Position numbers and translations under genes: made by a program. From the NCBI RefSeq assembly GCF_006345805.1, contig NC_043018.1:12028001-12092000 (forward strand): a stretch of DNA of 64,000 nt. Reading direction: 5' to 3'. Shown one piece after another: positions 13,551 through 26,097 of the stretch. Source of the stretch: Octopus sinensis. Its lineage: Eukaryota. Below the pieces are notes generated by a model. That model was not told the DNA's origin. It was given only the letters and a program-made list of their open reading frames with translations, and ran no database searches. Every line of letters begins with the position of its first letter. Within the stretch, counting starts at the first letter, position 1.

Positions 13551-15797
13551 TCATGTGAACAGCATGTAGAGCATGTAAAAGCTGTGTTCAAGAAAATTAA
13601 ACAGTATAGGTTCACATTGAGTGAAGAAAAATGCAAATTCCTTTTGCCTCAAATAATTGATAAAAATGGTAGAAGGCAGATGCAATAAAGAATATGCCTT
13701 CTCTGACAAATATAGCAACATAACAAGCGTTTCTTCGGCTGGCAAACTACTACCAGAACTACATCCCTAAAATTCACAAATTAAGAGCTCCATTGAATGA
13801 CTTATTAAAAAAAAGAAGTAAAGAGGAATTGGTCGGTCAAATGCCAAAACACATTTGTAGAAATAAAAAAAATTCTAAGCACAGATTTGTCTCAAGCACA
13901 TTGCAATCCTGAAATGGACATTGTTGTAGTATCTGATGCTTCGGAGTATGGAATAGGAGCAGTTTTGCTACACAAGTATTAAGATGGAAGTACGAAATCA
14001 GTGATTCATGTTTCGCATTCACTGAGAGTGGCAGAGAGAAAATAGATAGAAAAAGAAGCCCTATCGATTATCTTTGTGGTGAAAAATTTTCACAGGATTC
14101 TGCAAGGTAGAATTTTTCTATTACAAACAGATCATTGACTATTGCTTTCAATTTATGGGTGAAACAAAGGGTTACCTACCCATACAGTGAATCGACTACA
14201 ATGTTGAGGTATAATTTCAAAATGCAGTATATTACTTTGAAAAAAATTGGTCATGCGGACTGTCTATCAAGACTAATTCCCCAAAATACCGTGCTAGCTA
14301 CCAGTGACTGCACAGGATATAAGAATGAAATCTGTAGGCAATAAGTGTATTACAAAAATGAAAGAAGCTTTAAAAAATAAGCAGAATAAAAATACAAATT
14401 CAAGTATTTTCTCAATATGCGATGAAATTCTGATGCATGCACAAAGAGTTGTAGTACCAACTACATTACAAAAATGTGTATTGCAGCAATTCCACAGCAG
14501 GCACCCGGGAATGTGGAGGATGAAAGCTCTGATGAGGGGCCACGTTGATTGGTCGACTATGGACTGGAATATCCAAAATTTGGTGAGAACTTGTCAAGGT
14601 TGCATGCTTGCAGCCACAGCCCTGCTGGTAAAATATCAATCATGAATACCCATGAGCTAGGTTACATATCAGCAATGCCAGACCAGTGAATGGTGCTTAC
14701 TATCTAATCATGGTAGACAGCTGTACAAAGTAGCCAGAGGTATGCAGGTGTAATAAACCAACCACAAAGACAACTATAAAGTTCTTGTAGGAATTGTTTG
14801 TGTGAAATGGTGTTGCAGACATGTTAGTTTCTGATAATGGAATGCAATTCTTGGGGTATGAATTCAAGAACTTCAGTAAAATACATGCAATAAAGCAGAT
14901 AGAAAGATTCGTGGACATGTTCAAAAGAATGTCAAGAAAAGCTAGGAATGAATTAAAAAACTACGAAGCACTAACAAAATTCTTAAGGGTATATAGAGTA
15001 ACCCCCAATACAAGTACAAATTCAGGAAAGCCACCTCCAATGTTGATGCTCGCAGGAAGAATAAAATCAATCTTTGATAGGTTATTGCCAGAGAAAAAAG
15101 ATGTAAAGGAAATATGAAAGATGCAATGAAATATTTTGAAGTAGGAGAAAAAGTGCATTTTAAAATCTATAGAAATGGCAAAGAAGGCTGAGAGGATCCC
15201 CTTGTAATCAAAAAAATAGGAAGTATGATTTATCAGATTTAAGGACCACGCTGGGAACATAAGAAACCCATAAATCAGCTAAAGAAGAGACATATCAAAG
15301 AATGGAGAGAAATTGCTATTGAAGTATTTTTTGATGTATTCGATGTCTCAGCATTGAAAGTAATGGAGTCCCGCAGAACGAGCAGAACCAGAAAATGGAA
15401 GCAGACCAAACACCTTGAGATAAGGTCCCAGTGAAAAAGATACTAAATAATAATAATAATAATAATAATAATATAAATCAAATTTCTTTATTCCTTCGGA
15501 ACTCAAAATCTCAAAAGGGGAGATGTTGTGGTGATAGAATGACACCTCCTGACAAGAATAGACGGGACTAATATGTATAAATAGTAGTGGTCTGAGGCAG
15601 TCAGCAGTTCATAGCTTGGTCTTCGAAGTCCAGGTACAGTTTAAGTTAGTGAGTTGGTAATATTGACTGTTGGTTCATAAAAGATTGTTGGTTCCTTATG
15701 TGTTTGTTACTGCCACTTTTTTTAAATTTTGTATTGTAATAACACTGTTATGGTGTATTCTTTATCTATCATCAACAATATCAACCATACTACAATA
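13551..15797 (+). mobile_element. Ty3/Gypsy LTR retrotransposon, degenerate pol (RT end, RNase H, integrase) plus PPT and 3' LTR
   Basis: SDASEYGIGAVL, EKEALSIIF, LQTDH (RNase H); H..HPG..RMKALMR..C..C and LVSDNG.QF (integrase). PPT aaaaggggaga at 15513-15523; LTR tgttgtggtg (15524) to tactacaata (15797). Confidence 0.9.
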
Positions 15798-15819
15798 CTG
15801 GAGGCGTAAGGATATAACA

Positions 15820-15858
<39 letters not shown>

Positions 15859-15859
<1 letters not shown>

Positions 15860-16093
15860 ATCTGTCGGGCATGTGGAAGAGAGTGTAATTCGGCAGGAGG
15901 ACTTGAACGACATGCAAAGGTACATGAAGCCCAGTTACAACTACAGCCGGCTATTATAGGTAAAGGTCTTAGTTGCCAATTCTGTACAAGACATTGTAGA
16001 TCTTTAGCTGGGCTAAAAAGTCACCTTCGATCACAGCACCAGTAACAGTTAAGCTTCGTGCAATGGCCATACTTGATAACGAGGGGGCAGCCA
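15859..16093 (+). mobile_element. RTE (BovB-type) LINE 3' end with two C2H2-like fingers
   Basis: CRACGRECNSAGGLERHAKVH ... CQFCTRHCRSLAGLKSHLRS, then a short 3' UTR running into a microsatellite. Related 3' end at 19650-19862. Confidence 0.7.
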
Positions 16094-16096
16094 TAA

Positions 16097-16433
16097 GTAT
16101 ATGTATGTATGTATGTATGTATGTGTGTATGTATGTATGTATGTATGTATGTATGTATGTATGTACGTATGTATGCATGTGTGTGTATGTATGTGTCTAT
16201 GTATGTGTGTGTGTATGTGTGTATGTATGTATGAGTGTGTATGTATGTATATATGTATTTATGTGTGTGTGTATGTATATATGTATCTTTGTGTGTATGT
16301 GTGTATGTATGTATGTGTGTATGAGTGTGAGTATGTATGTATGTATGTGTGTATGTATGTTTGTGTGTTTGTATGTATGTATGTATGTGTATATGTATGT
16401 TTGTATGTATGATGTATGTATGATGTATGTATG

Positions 16434-16465
<32 letters not shown>

Positions 16466-16503
16466 TGTATATGTTTATATATTTGTATGTGAGTGTGTGT
16501 AAG
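16097..16503. repeat. Compound (TATG)n/(TG)n microsatellite
   Basis: Direct reading of the sequence. Confidence 0.95.
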
Positions 16504-17082
16504 TATGCAAACATATAAAACATATCTCAAATAGATGACAAAAGAACGCAAAACAAGAAAGAAATCAGCAAAAAGATGTGTTGGGAACATATTGCATGCA
16601 AGCATGGAAAAACAGCTGTAAAATTGATAATCATGATGAAATGAATACACACACAGGCAGCACCTATGGACATGGGTACCTGCAAGCAAATACACATGAA
16701 TACATCCACACACACACACCACACATACAGGTTTTAGTCGCTAACATATTTTCCTTCCTGGTTCTGCAAACACAAACCTTTTTCGTTTCTTTCTCCAAAA
16801 CTCCAACAACAAAAGTATTTACTAAGGTATAACAAGCGGATATTTCTGTTGTTGCTATTCTTGTGGTTGCTATTGTTGGGTTTGTTGTTAGAGTATGGTA
16901 AGCTGCACCTGTTGTTTATTTTTGTTTCTCCCTTCCCTAGTGAATTAATTAGCATTTGTTTCTATGGAGATGTGACCATGCTGAAGTGATGACATTGTCC
17001 AGCAGTCTGGAAAATCAATCCAATGCCTTACTTAATCAAGCAATAACCAATAAATGTAGGTGTCTCTGAAGTGGCTGGAATA

Positions 17083-18137
17083 TCTATAGTGGGGGGGGGT
17101 GTCAGATAAGGATTATCTATGGTGGAGTGTTTGGTCAGGTGAGGATTATCTATGATGGACTGTTTGTCAGATGAAGATTATCTATGGTGGATGTGACAAA
17201 TGAGGATTATCTATGTTGGGGTGTTTGTCAAATGAAGATTATCTATGGCAGAGTGTCTGTAGATGAGGATTATCTATAGTAGGGTTTCTGTCAGATAAGG
17301 ATTATTCATGTTGGGGTGACAGTCAGTTCAGGATTATCTATGATGGGGTCAGATGAGAATTATCTATGGTGGGGCATTTGTCAGAAGAGGATTATCTATA
17401 CTGGGGTGTATATCAGATGAAGACTCTCTATGGTGGGGTGTCTGTCAGTTGTGGATTATCTATGATGGGCTGTTTGTCAAATAATTATCTATGATGAGGT
17501 GTCTATCAGATGAAGATTATCTATGATGGGGTGTTTGTTAGATGAGGATTATCTATGCAGGGATGTCTGTCAGATGAAGACTATGTATGGTGGGGTGTCT
17601 CTCAGTTGAAGATTACCTATGCTGGGGTGCTTGTCAGATGAGGTTTGTCTATGGTGATGTGCCTGTCATATGAGAATTATCTCTGGTGGGCTGTTTGTCA
17701 GTTGAGGATTATTTATGCTGGGTGTGTCTATTAGTTTAGGATTATCTATCCTGGGGTTTCTGTCAGATGAGGACTATCTATGGTTGGGTGTTTGTCAGAT
17801 GAGAATTATCTCTGGTGAGTTGTTTGTCAGTTGAGGATTATCTATGGTGAGATGTCTGTCAGTTGAGGATTATCTATGCTGGGGTTTCTGTCAAATGAGG
17901 ATTATTCTGTGGTTGTTTGTTGGATGAACATAATCTATGCTGGGGTGTTTGTCAGTTGAGAATTATCTATGGTATGGTGTCTGTCAGATGAGGATTATCT
18001 ATGCAGGAGTACCTGTCAGATAAGGACTATCTACGGTAGGGTGCTACTCAGTTCAGGATTATCTATGGTGGGGTGCCTGTCAGATAAGGACTGCCTATGG
18101 CTGGGTGTCTGTTGGATGCATTATCTATGTTGAGGTG
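17083..18137. repeat. Minisatellite of ~32-bp units, consensus gtcagatgaggattatctatggtggggtgtyt, roughly 30+ diverged copies
   Basis: Recurring gtcaga.gaggattatctatg motif at about 32-nt spacing. Confidence 0.95.
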
Positions 18138-18496
18138 TAATAACTAATAATAACTCAGTAAGCTCCCACCCATCTCCTTCCCTCCAAATGTGTAAGTGTT
18201 TCAGATTATGCTTATCTCCTTATTTATATGTATGGGTGCCCACCCATGTGTCTACAGTCCATGAAAGTATCTACTTGTGTGTGTGTGTGTGTGTGTGTGT
18301 GTGCATGAATATGTGTCCATGTATGAATGTGTATATAAGTATGTGTGTGTGAATATATATATTACATCTATGGGAGTGATTAATGTAAGAGTGTATGCAA
18401 GGTTCGAGCTAAGTAGAGATGTGTGCATATACATATATATGTATATATGTAAGCACATATAGATACCTAAATATAGGTATGAATATACCTGTATAC

Positions 18497-18860
18497 CCAG
18501 TGGTTAGGGCAGCAGACTTGTGGTTGTGGGATAGTGGTTTCGATTCCCAGACCAGATGGTGTAAGTGTTTATTGAGCAGAAACATCTAAAGCTCCATGAG
18601 ACTCCGGCGGGGTCATGGCAAACCCTGCTGTACTCTTTCACCACAACTTTCTCTCACTCATTCTTCCTGTTTCTGTTGTACCTGTAATTCAAAGGGCCAG
18701 CCTTGTCACACTCTGTGTCACACTGAATCTCTCCGAGAACTATGTTAAAGGTACATGTGTCTGTGGAGTGCTCAGCCACTTGCACGTTAATTTCACAAGC
18801 AGACTGTTCCGTTGATTGATCAACTGGAACCCTCATTGTTGTAACCAATGGAGTGCCATG
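18497..18860 (+). mobile_element. tRNA-derived SINE, family B subtype
   Basis: cccagtggttagggcagcagact...ggtttcgattccc head. Reverse-complement copy at 37414-37771. Confidence 0.8.
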
Positions 18861-19384
18861 ATGTATGTGTGTATACAGGCATATATACATAGATTTGTGT
18901 GGGGAGAGTATGTGTTAGTCTGTGTGTGTATGTATCCAAACACTGAATACTGAAGTCAGCTAATGAAATTCACATGTGCAGCCAACCATGAAGAACAGAT
19001 CAGCAGTCAGCCAGTACCAAAATAGCCATCCACTACTATTCATAGCAGTCCACCAAATGCACTCTGGCAGCCCACATGAGTCTATCAGCTGCTACCAAAT
19101 TCAAACTAAGACAGATGAGAGGGGATTCCTTTCTGTGAGCAAGGTGGAGGATTTTTTCTGCTTTTGAATATCTTATAACAATTTTTATCATATGTTTCTA
19201 GGTCCTTTTTCTTCATCTTAGCTTCGTGATGATGAGCTATCCACCTCATCCTCCTAACAAACTCATTAGTCTTATGGATTAATAGCCACATGTACGTATC
19301 CTTACTATGAATTGTCACCTATCTGCTTTTTATTCACCTTACTTCGAGGGTTTGGCTGGGTGAAGAATTTCCTCTGGATTGGCC

Positions 19385-19862
19385 TGGTACTATATAAATC
19401 TAAAGGTGGAAAGCATGTCTGTGATAATTACCGTAGCATCTTTCTGTTAGCTGTTGCTGGAAAGGTCTTCTGTAGGGTAATGCTGGACAGATTGCTTCTG
19501 CACATTGCTGATGAGGTTCTACCAGAATTGCAATGTGGGTTTAGGGATAGTAGGAGCACTATGGCTATGATATTTTCAGCTAAACATTTGCAAGAGAAGT
19601 GCATGGAACAGTATATGGACTTATACCAGGTTTTCATTGGCCTAACAAAAGCGTTTGGAGGTCTGAAAAGACATATTAAGAGCGTGCATGTGGTGGCACC
19701 TGTTTCTCCTGCCAGCCAGCACAGTTGTCCAGTATGTAATAAAATGTGTAATAGTTTGGCTGGGCTTAAAAATCATATAAGGGCATCACTCGACATCAGT
19801 AATGAATCATTTCAGTAAATTTTTTTGTCAATGGCTTTTCTTGTGTAATGAGGGTGCAGCTA
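19385..19862 (+). mobile_element. RTE (BovB-type) LINE, internally deleted: RT N-part fused in frame to C-terminal Zn fingers
   Basis: ORF 19312-19818: LYKSKG..CDNYRSIFLL..AGKV..QCGFR..RST..LQEKCMEQ..FIGLTKAF joined directly to GGLKRHIK..H..CPVCNK.C.SLAGLKNH. Confidence 0.8.
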
Positions 19863-19880
19863 TGATGTATGTTTATATAT

Positions 19881-20140
19881 CATCATCATCATCATCATCA
19901 TCGTTTAGCGTCCGCTTTCCATGCTAGCATGGGTTGGACGGTTCAACTGGGGTCTGGGAAGCCAGAAGGCTGCACCAGGCCCAGTCTGATCTGGCAATGT
20001 TTCAACGGCTGGATGCCCTTCCTAACGCCAACCACTCCGTGAGTGTAGTGGGTGCTTTTTACGTGCCACTGGCACAGGTGCCAGACAAGGCTGACAAACG
20101 GCCACGATCGGATGGTGCTTTTTACGTGTCACTGGCACGA
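19881..20140 (-). mobile_element. RTE LINE 3' UTR fragment
   Basis: (CAT)n plus the reverse complement of the RTE 3' UTR. Confidence 0.85.
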
Positions 20141-20989
20141 AGTTCTGGGCTCAATTTGTCTGACTAAAAAAATTCTTTTTTAAAAACCTTCAAGGTGGTG
20201 CCCCAGCATGGCCACAGCCAAATGACAAACAAGTAAAAGATAAGATATGGAAGTGGTGATTGACGATTTAAAGTCTGTTATCAGCACATTGGCACAGAAA
20301 CAACTTTTCCCTTGCCCTTGCTTATAAGCTGTGTATATATATATATATACATATACACATATGTACATATACATATATACATGCACACATACACATATAT
20401 ACACACATGCACATTCACACACATATACATATATTTACATACACACACACACACACATATGTAAATGCATGTATAAACAAATACCTGTACGCATGCATGC
20501 TTTGATTTTCTTTGATTGTATATTTTATTATATAATAATTTTTTTTTTCCCAATATATTCATTTTTACATTTTTTAATACATTTTGTTTTTTCTCTTTTT
20601 CAACGAGTACCCCTTGACATACAGGACAAATCTTAGCAGTGACAAAAGGCCTACACTTGTTAACCCACCCACACCCGTCCCACTCCCCACCCACACGTGT
20701 ACGTGTGTATATATATATATATGTATATATATATATGTATATATATATATCTGTATATATAAATAATTTGTGTGTGTGTGTATATAGTCATTTTCTTAAT
20801 GTTTTACTTGATCCCCTTCAATCATACAGAGTAGTAAGTTGTAGTAGTAGTTGTAGTGGTGGTGGTAGTGGTGGTGGTGGCAGCAATAGTAGCCTCAATT
20901 ACCTCCCTTTCTTCCCTCCCCCCTCGGTCTCTCTGCCTCACTCACTCCGCAGGCATTACAAAACTAAGTGGGCAGTTTTCTTGTACATA

Positions 20990-20995
20990 GACATT

Positions 20996-21029
<34 letters not shown>

Positions 21030-21573
21030 CATGTATATACACACACACACATACATGCATATACATAAATGCACATACATATATATATATAAACACGCAT
21101 ACATTTATATACATATATATATATACACATATATATATATACATACATTTATATACATATATATATATGCACACATATATATATACATACATTTATATAC
21201 ATATATATATACACACATACATATATATACACACATATATATATATACATACATTTATATACATATATATATACACACATACATATATATATACATAGAT
21301 TTATATACACATATATATATATACACACACACACACATATATATATATATACATACATACATATACATATATATATACACATACATTTATATACATATAT
21401 ATATATACACATATAAACACACACATATATATATATATATACATACAAAGATATATGTATGTGCACATGCACATACATAGATGTGAATATATAAGTATAT
21501 CAGTACATACATGAATGTGTTTATATATATATACATACATACACACACACAAACAAACACATATATATATATA
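20990..21573. repeat. Compound (TA)n/(CA)n/(TACA)n microsatellite
   Basis: Direct reading of the sequence. Confidence 0.95.
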
Positions 21574-21601
21574 CAGCGCACATCAAATGAGTAGGGGAGG
21601 A

Positions 21602-22072
21602 TCAGCCAAGCAGTTCAAATTCGTCTTCGGTATCACAGAAATCAACATTGACGTAAACAGGTTTCGAGGTTCCACCAGCAGCCATGTATGCTTCAGGAGG
21701 CCAATGTTTGGGCCGGAGCTTATGAATTTCAAACATTGGTGTCTTGCTGACCATATTCTGCCGGAATGCTTTGCAAAGGTCATCAAATTCGTCTTCGGTC
21801 AAGCAGAAAAACCCCAGAGCAACGGAGGGGTCCAGATGATTCAGCTTCATACGGGAGGCATGGCAACAGTGGTAAGATTCGTCTCCTGTGGTGTTTGTTG
21901 ACCCGATGTCAACGACAGGCTGGGTGGTGTGTGGGTCGAGGTAGATCAGTTCATCCTCAAAAGTACCGATAAACCAATGAGCATGGTTCGGTTTCCCACC
22001 AATAATTCCTACTGATTGTTTTAATGACAGACACATCTTGAGACTGTTGAAGTATAGAGAATTGATATCGGT
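21602..22072 (-). pseudogene. ATG4: ATG4 (ATG4A/B-type cysteine protease, peptidase C54) C-terminal half, intron-less and uninterrupted; probable retroposed fragment, alternatively a long terminal exon
   Basis: TDINSLYFNSLKMCLSLKQSVGIIGGKPNHAHWFIG..DELIYLDPHTTQP..DESYHC..LDPSVALGFFC..PMFE..DTEDEFELLG* matches ATG4B (GGKPNSAHYFIG, YLDPHTTQP, DPSIAVGFFC, C-terminal LIR FEIL). The catalytic Cys half is absent and homology abuts a (TA/TG)n tract. Family identity is secure; pseudogene status is less so. Confidence 0.8.
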
Positions 22073-22574
22073 CACATATATATACATACACACATGCACA
22101 CACATGTCCATATATACACATATATATATATATATATACATATGTGTACCTATACATACCTACACATACACACATATACATACACATACAAACCCATTCC
22201 CTTATTTTAATTTTAGGTATATATATAGGTATATATATGTGTAAGTTTATATGTATGTATCCGTCTGTATATAGGTAACTGCACGTATATATACTTAATA
22301 TTTATTATTTATTTTTTGAGTATGCATGTATGTATATGAATAACTGCATGTATATATATTTTATTATTTATTTTTTGAGTATGCATGTAAGTATATGAAC
22401 ATAAGGAGGCGCGTGTGTGTGTGTATGTGTAAGCATATGTATAGATATATGTATACTTTTACGCATGTGTGTACTTATGTGTATATATGGATGCGCGTGT
22501 GTGTGTGTGTGTATGTGTACGCATGTATATGTGTATGTGTGTGTGTGTATATATATATATATATGTATATATAA

Positions 22575-22956
22575 TCTCTCTATATATAAACGGCAGTTTG
22601 TCTGTGCGTGTTTCTGTGTGTCTGTTTGCTTGTACCCTCACCCTGACCACGGCTTTCAACCGATTCTGATGAAACTTGACACACACATAGCCCAATGTCA
22701 TAATTCAAAACTAACGCAGCGAAAATTTTGAAAAGTTCCCCCAGTTCTGAAAAAACCCCGATAAATTCGACATGGGGTCGAGAATTAGAAACACAAACCG
22801 CAAACTGTCTAGGGGACGCAACTCCACCTTTTTTAACTAAAAAAAAAATTTACCATCATTTTTTTCCATTTTTTTGCTATTTTTGGCTATAACTCTCTAA
22901 AAATGATTTATAGTTATTTCCCTTACAACCTGAGCAACGCCGGGCGATACTGCTAG
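22575..22956 (+). mobile_element. Non-autonomous Helitron
   Basis: A|TC start (tctctctatatataaa), GC-rich subterminal hairpin (cctgagcaacgccggg), CTAG|T end, no TSD. Confidence 0.75.
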
Positions 22957-22961
22957 TATAT

Positions 22962-23009
<48 letters not shown>

Positions 23010-23926
23010 GTATATATGTTATATGTCTGTGTGTGTGTGTATGTGTGTATATATATGTATATGTATATGTGTGGGTGTGTGTATGTGTATATATGTATGT
23101 ATGTATAGGTGTATGTATATGTATGTATATATACGTATATATGTATGTGTATGTGTATGTATTTGTATGTAGGTGTATATGTATATGTGTATATATATTT
23201 ATTGGTGTATATGTATGGACTAGTCTTCTGTGGGTGTATTGAGGTATGTATGTGTAAGCGTGTAGACATGTAGGTATGTACATCCAGACGTAGTATGTAC
23301 ATCCAATTCATAGAACCAGATTAAACGCTCAACAGCTCTGATTTACAACACATTAGGTCCCCAGACGAAACTGTTGATTTATTGACACCCAACTTCTACA
23401 ACTAAATTTTATCAATCTCCTGACCACCATGTTTGGTCCGTAACCTCTATACATCCCTTATCTTTATATTTTTTTATATTTTTTTACATTTTTACCATGT
23501 TTATTCCTATCTTTATTCTTTTACTTTTTACTTTTATTTCTATTTCTATTTTTACTTTATAACCTTATACCTTTACATTTATTTATATTTCTTTATATTT
23601 CTTTATATTCTTTATACCCCCTTTACATCTCCTTATATCTCTTTATATCTTTATGCTCTACATTTTTATATTTTTCTATACTTACACTTTTTATACATTT
23701 TTTATCCCTCGTCCTGAATTCTCGCCCCTCCATCTTCACGTCTATATATGTATTTATTTATTTACATTACTTCAACATCCAAATTCCTCATTCTACATTG
23801 AGAGAAGAAAGAGATGGACGCTTCAATTCTATGCTGCTGCCGCATTATGTCGTACGCGAATGAGAGGATTTGCATCCCCAACCAAGAATTTTGATGTAAC
23901 ACATGTCCTTGTGGAAGCTGTTGTGC

Positions 23927-24004
23927 GCAGCTGAAGAAGGCCACAGACATACATTATGCATTGTTATAAATCTGTCTAATAAAGGCCCAAAACATATGTA
24001 CCGC
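23927..24004 (+). ncRNA. Degenerate type I hammerhead ribozyme in a Penelope-type terminal repeat
   Basis: GCAG-CUGAAGA-A-GGCC...GGCC-C-AAAAC-AUAU-GUA-CCGC. G12 is lost (GAAA to AAAA); palindromic stem III. Confidence 0.6.
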
Positions 24005-24037
24005 TGAATCCTTCGCATCATGTTTTTATTTTGATCA

Positions 24038-24122
<85 letters not shown>

Positions 24123-24323
24123 ATATTAATATATATATATAATGTGAAATAGAAAGATGAATAATCTTGTAGTAGATTAATCAAAAGTTTAACCGATACC
24201 TTAGTAGCAAAAATCACAGCAGTAAACAGCACGGTTGGAGGTACAACCATATGGTGTTGCAACCGTGCGTTGGTGCGGATAATTGAAATTAAAATTTCTG
24301 ATTTGTTTTTCCAACGGATTTCC

Positions 24324-24417
24324 TATTTTCTTCCTGAAGAGAAAGACACAATATGGTCCCATTATTCAATCGGATTTTGGTAATTTGTGCCTTTCGAAAC
24401 ACGTGTAGAATGAAATA
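24324..24417 (+). ncRNA. Type I hammerhead ribozyme, canonical core
   Basis: UUC-CUGAAGA-GAAAGACACAA...UUGUGCCUUUC-GAAAC-ACGU-GUA-GAA. All core nucleotides present, G10.1-C11.1 pair, palindromic stem III, GUA cleavage triplet at 24405-24407. Confidence 0.85.
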
Positions 24418-24497
24418 AAACGATTTCTGTTCAATCTGCGTTCAGCTCCATTTCTTCAATTCACCAATAATGTTTTATATATAATATATATATATTA

Positions 24498-24551
<54 letters not shown>

Positions 24552-24949
24552 TATATATGTGTATGTATATATATATGCATATATATATATGCATATATTA
24601 ACAGTAAATTGACTAATTTGTGGGAATGATGTAAGATCCAGAAAAGGAAGAGATGAAGAGAAAATATAGATTCTCACCAAGAGAAGAGCTGCTTCCAACA
24701 AAAGAAACATTGCAACAATGAGTCCAAACAAAACGTCAAAGAATACAAAGATTTGAAAAGAGAAACAAGTTTTACAAGCAAAATAAGTTGTTTGCATTCA
24801 ATGTGAAAACATTCTACAGAGAAATATGGAAGGAAAAAATAACCGTTGAAGATTCCCCTTTATTTGTCAAGTTTAAATGTTTCACGTTCTCTATTTATGA
24901 TTCCGACATATGTGACGAAACCTGTTTCTTTTTAATACCTGTTTCTTAA

Positions 24950-25351
24950 AAGTTTTGTTACCTTGGATTAGGAAGCATTATGATGCAAATCATGTTATGT
25001 TTGTACAAGACTCCGTACTCGCCCATTCTTTGAAAAGTGCAAGAATTTTTGAAGAAGGAATTGCCTGTGTTTGCTCCTAAAGATATCTGGCTCTCTAGAG
25101 CTCACCAGATCGGAATCTGTGTGATTTTTTACTATGGGGCACAGCTGAAGAAAAGTTAAGGCATGTGCATCATTTTGTAAATGGATTGAACTGGTTAAGA
25201 AAGCCAATGGCAGTCACATTGAACTGAAATAAGAGCTAAACACTCCACAATGAATTGGCATAAACATAACATTTGCAATGTTTCATCTTTCCAAATTATA
25301 CCAATTATAATAAAGATATTTAAATGGCCCCAATTTACCAGTTACACCCTG
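24950..25351 (+). mobile_element. Tc1/mariner-superfamily (DD37D/maT-like) transposase 3' remnant with right TIR
   Basis: Disrupted VLPWI..FVQDS..AH..DIW...SPD.N.CDF..WG motif; ends in acaccctg|ta. Confidence 0.65.
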
Positions 25352-26097
25352 TATATGTATGTGTGTATTTTAATTTTTTTAATTTTGTTAAATTTTAAAA
25401 ATTTTAATAAATTTACTTTTGTCTTTAATTTTTAGATTTTAATTTTTAATCCATAATTTTTTAATGTTTTAATTTTTTACTATTTTTTAAAATTTAATTA
25501 AATTTAAAATTATATTAGGTTTCAATTTTATTTGGTTATTAAAATAACTCTATTTGATTTGATTTTGATTTTTAATCTCACATTTTTTGCACAATCTCTA
25601 TTTGCTACCCACTCTTACCAAGGCTTTCTCTACCTTCCCATAATAATTACTGCTGATTTTTCATTCATTTTTTTCAAATACAATTCACTTCCAATGTGAG
25701 AGAGTATGAATGACCAAACATTAAAGAATTAAGTAGACCATTAGAGTTGCCTATATCACATTTCAACAAGATATAAAGGAATAGTGTTTGACCTGAAAAC
25801 AATGCAGTTTTTCTTTTGAGTGTGTGTGATGACTCAATTACAAACACTAATGTTTTTATGACTGTCCCTTCCTTAATTTTGACCATCCTCTTCCCTTCTT
25901 CTATTCTCTATTCTTTCTATTCCTTCCTCTCCACCTTTCTTTTCTTCTCTTCCTTTTAGTCCTTCTTCCCCAAATCATCACTTCTCTTCCCCTGTCTCCC
26001 TTTCACTTACCTTATAGTACACTTATTGCCTCACTTCACTCCCCCTCCTCATGCTTGTACCTTTTTTTTTAGTGTTCTGCTTGCTTATAACCAGAAA

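Noticed and set aside
15824-16045. C2H2 zinc-finger gene candidate
   Set aside because: No TGEKP linkers, only two atypical fingers, and the same motif is fused to RT sequence at 19385-19818; RTE LINE C-terminus.
17083-18137. CRISPR-like appearance of the 32-bp array
   Set aside because: No unique spacers, units are contiguous and degenerate, no cas genes, eukaryotic context.
23845-23890. Minus-strand GWGC resembling the ATG4 catalytic motif (GWGCM)
   Set aside because: Context ILGWGCKSSH does not match SDxGWGCMLR and it lies inside a PLE-type repeat; coincidence.
24838-24930. CCGUUGA-A-G ... GAAAC-CU-GUU hammerhead-like halves
   Set aside because: No convincing stem I or stem II pairing could be drawn.
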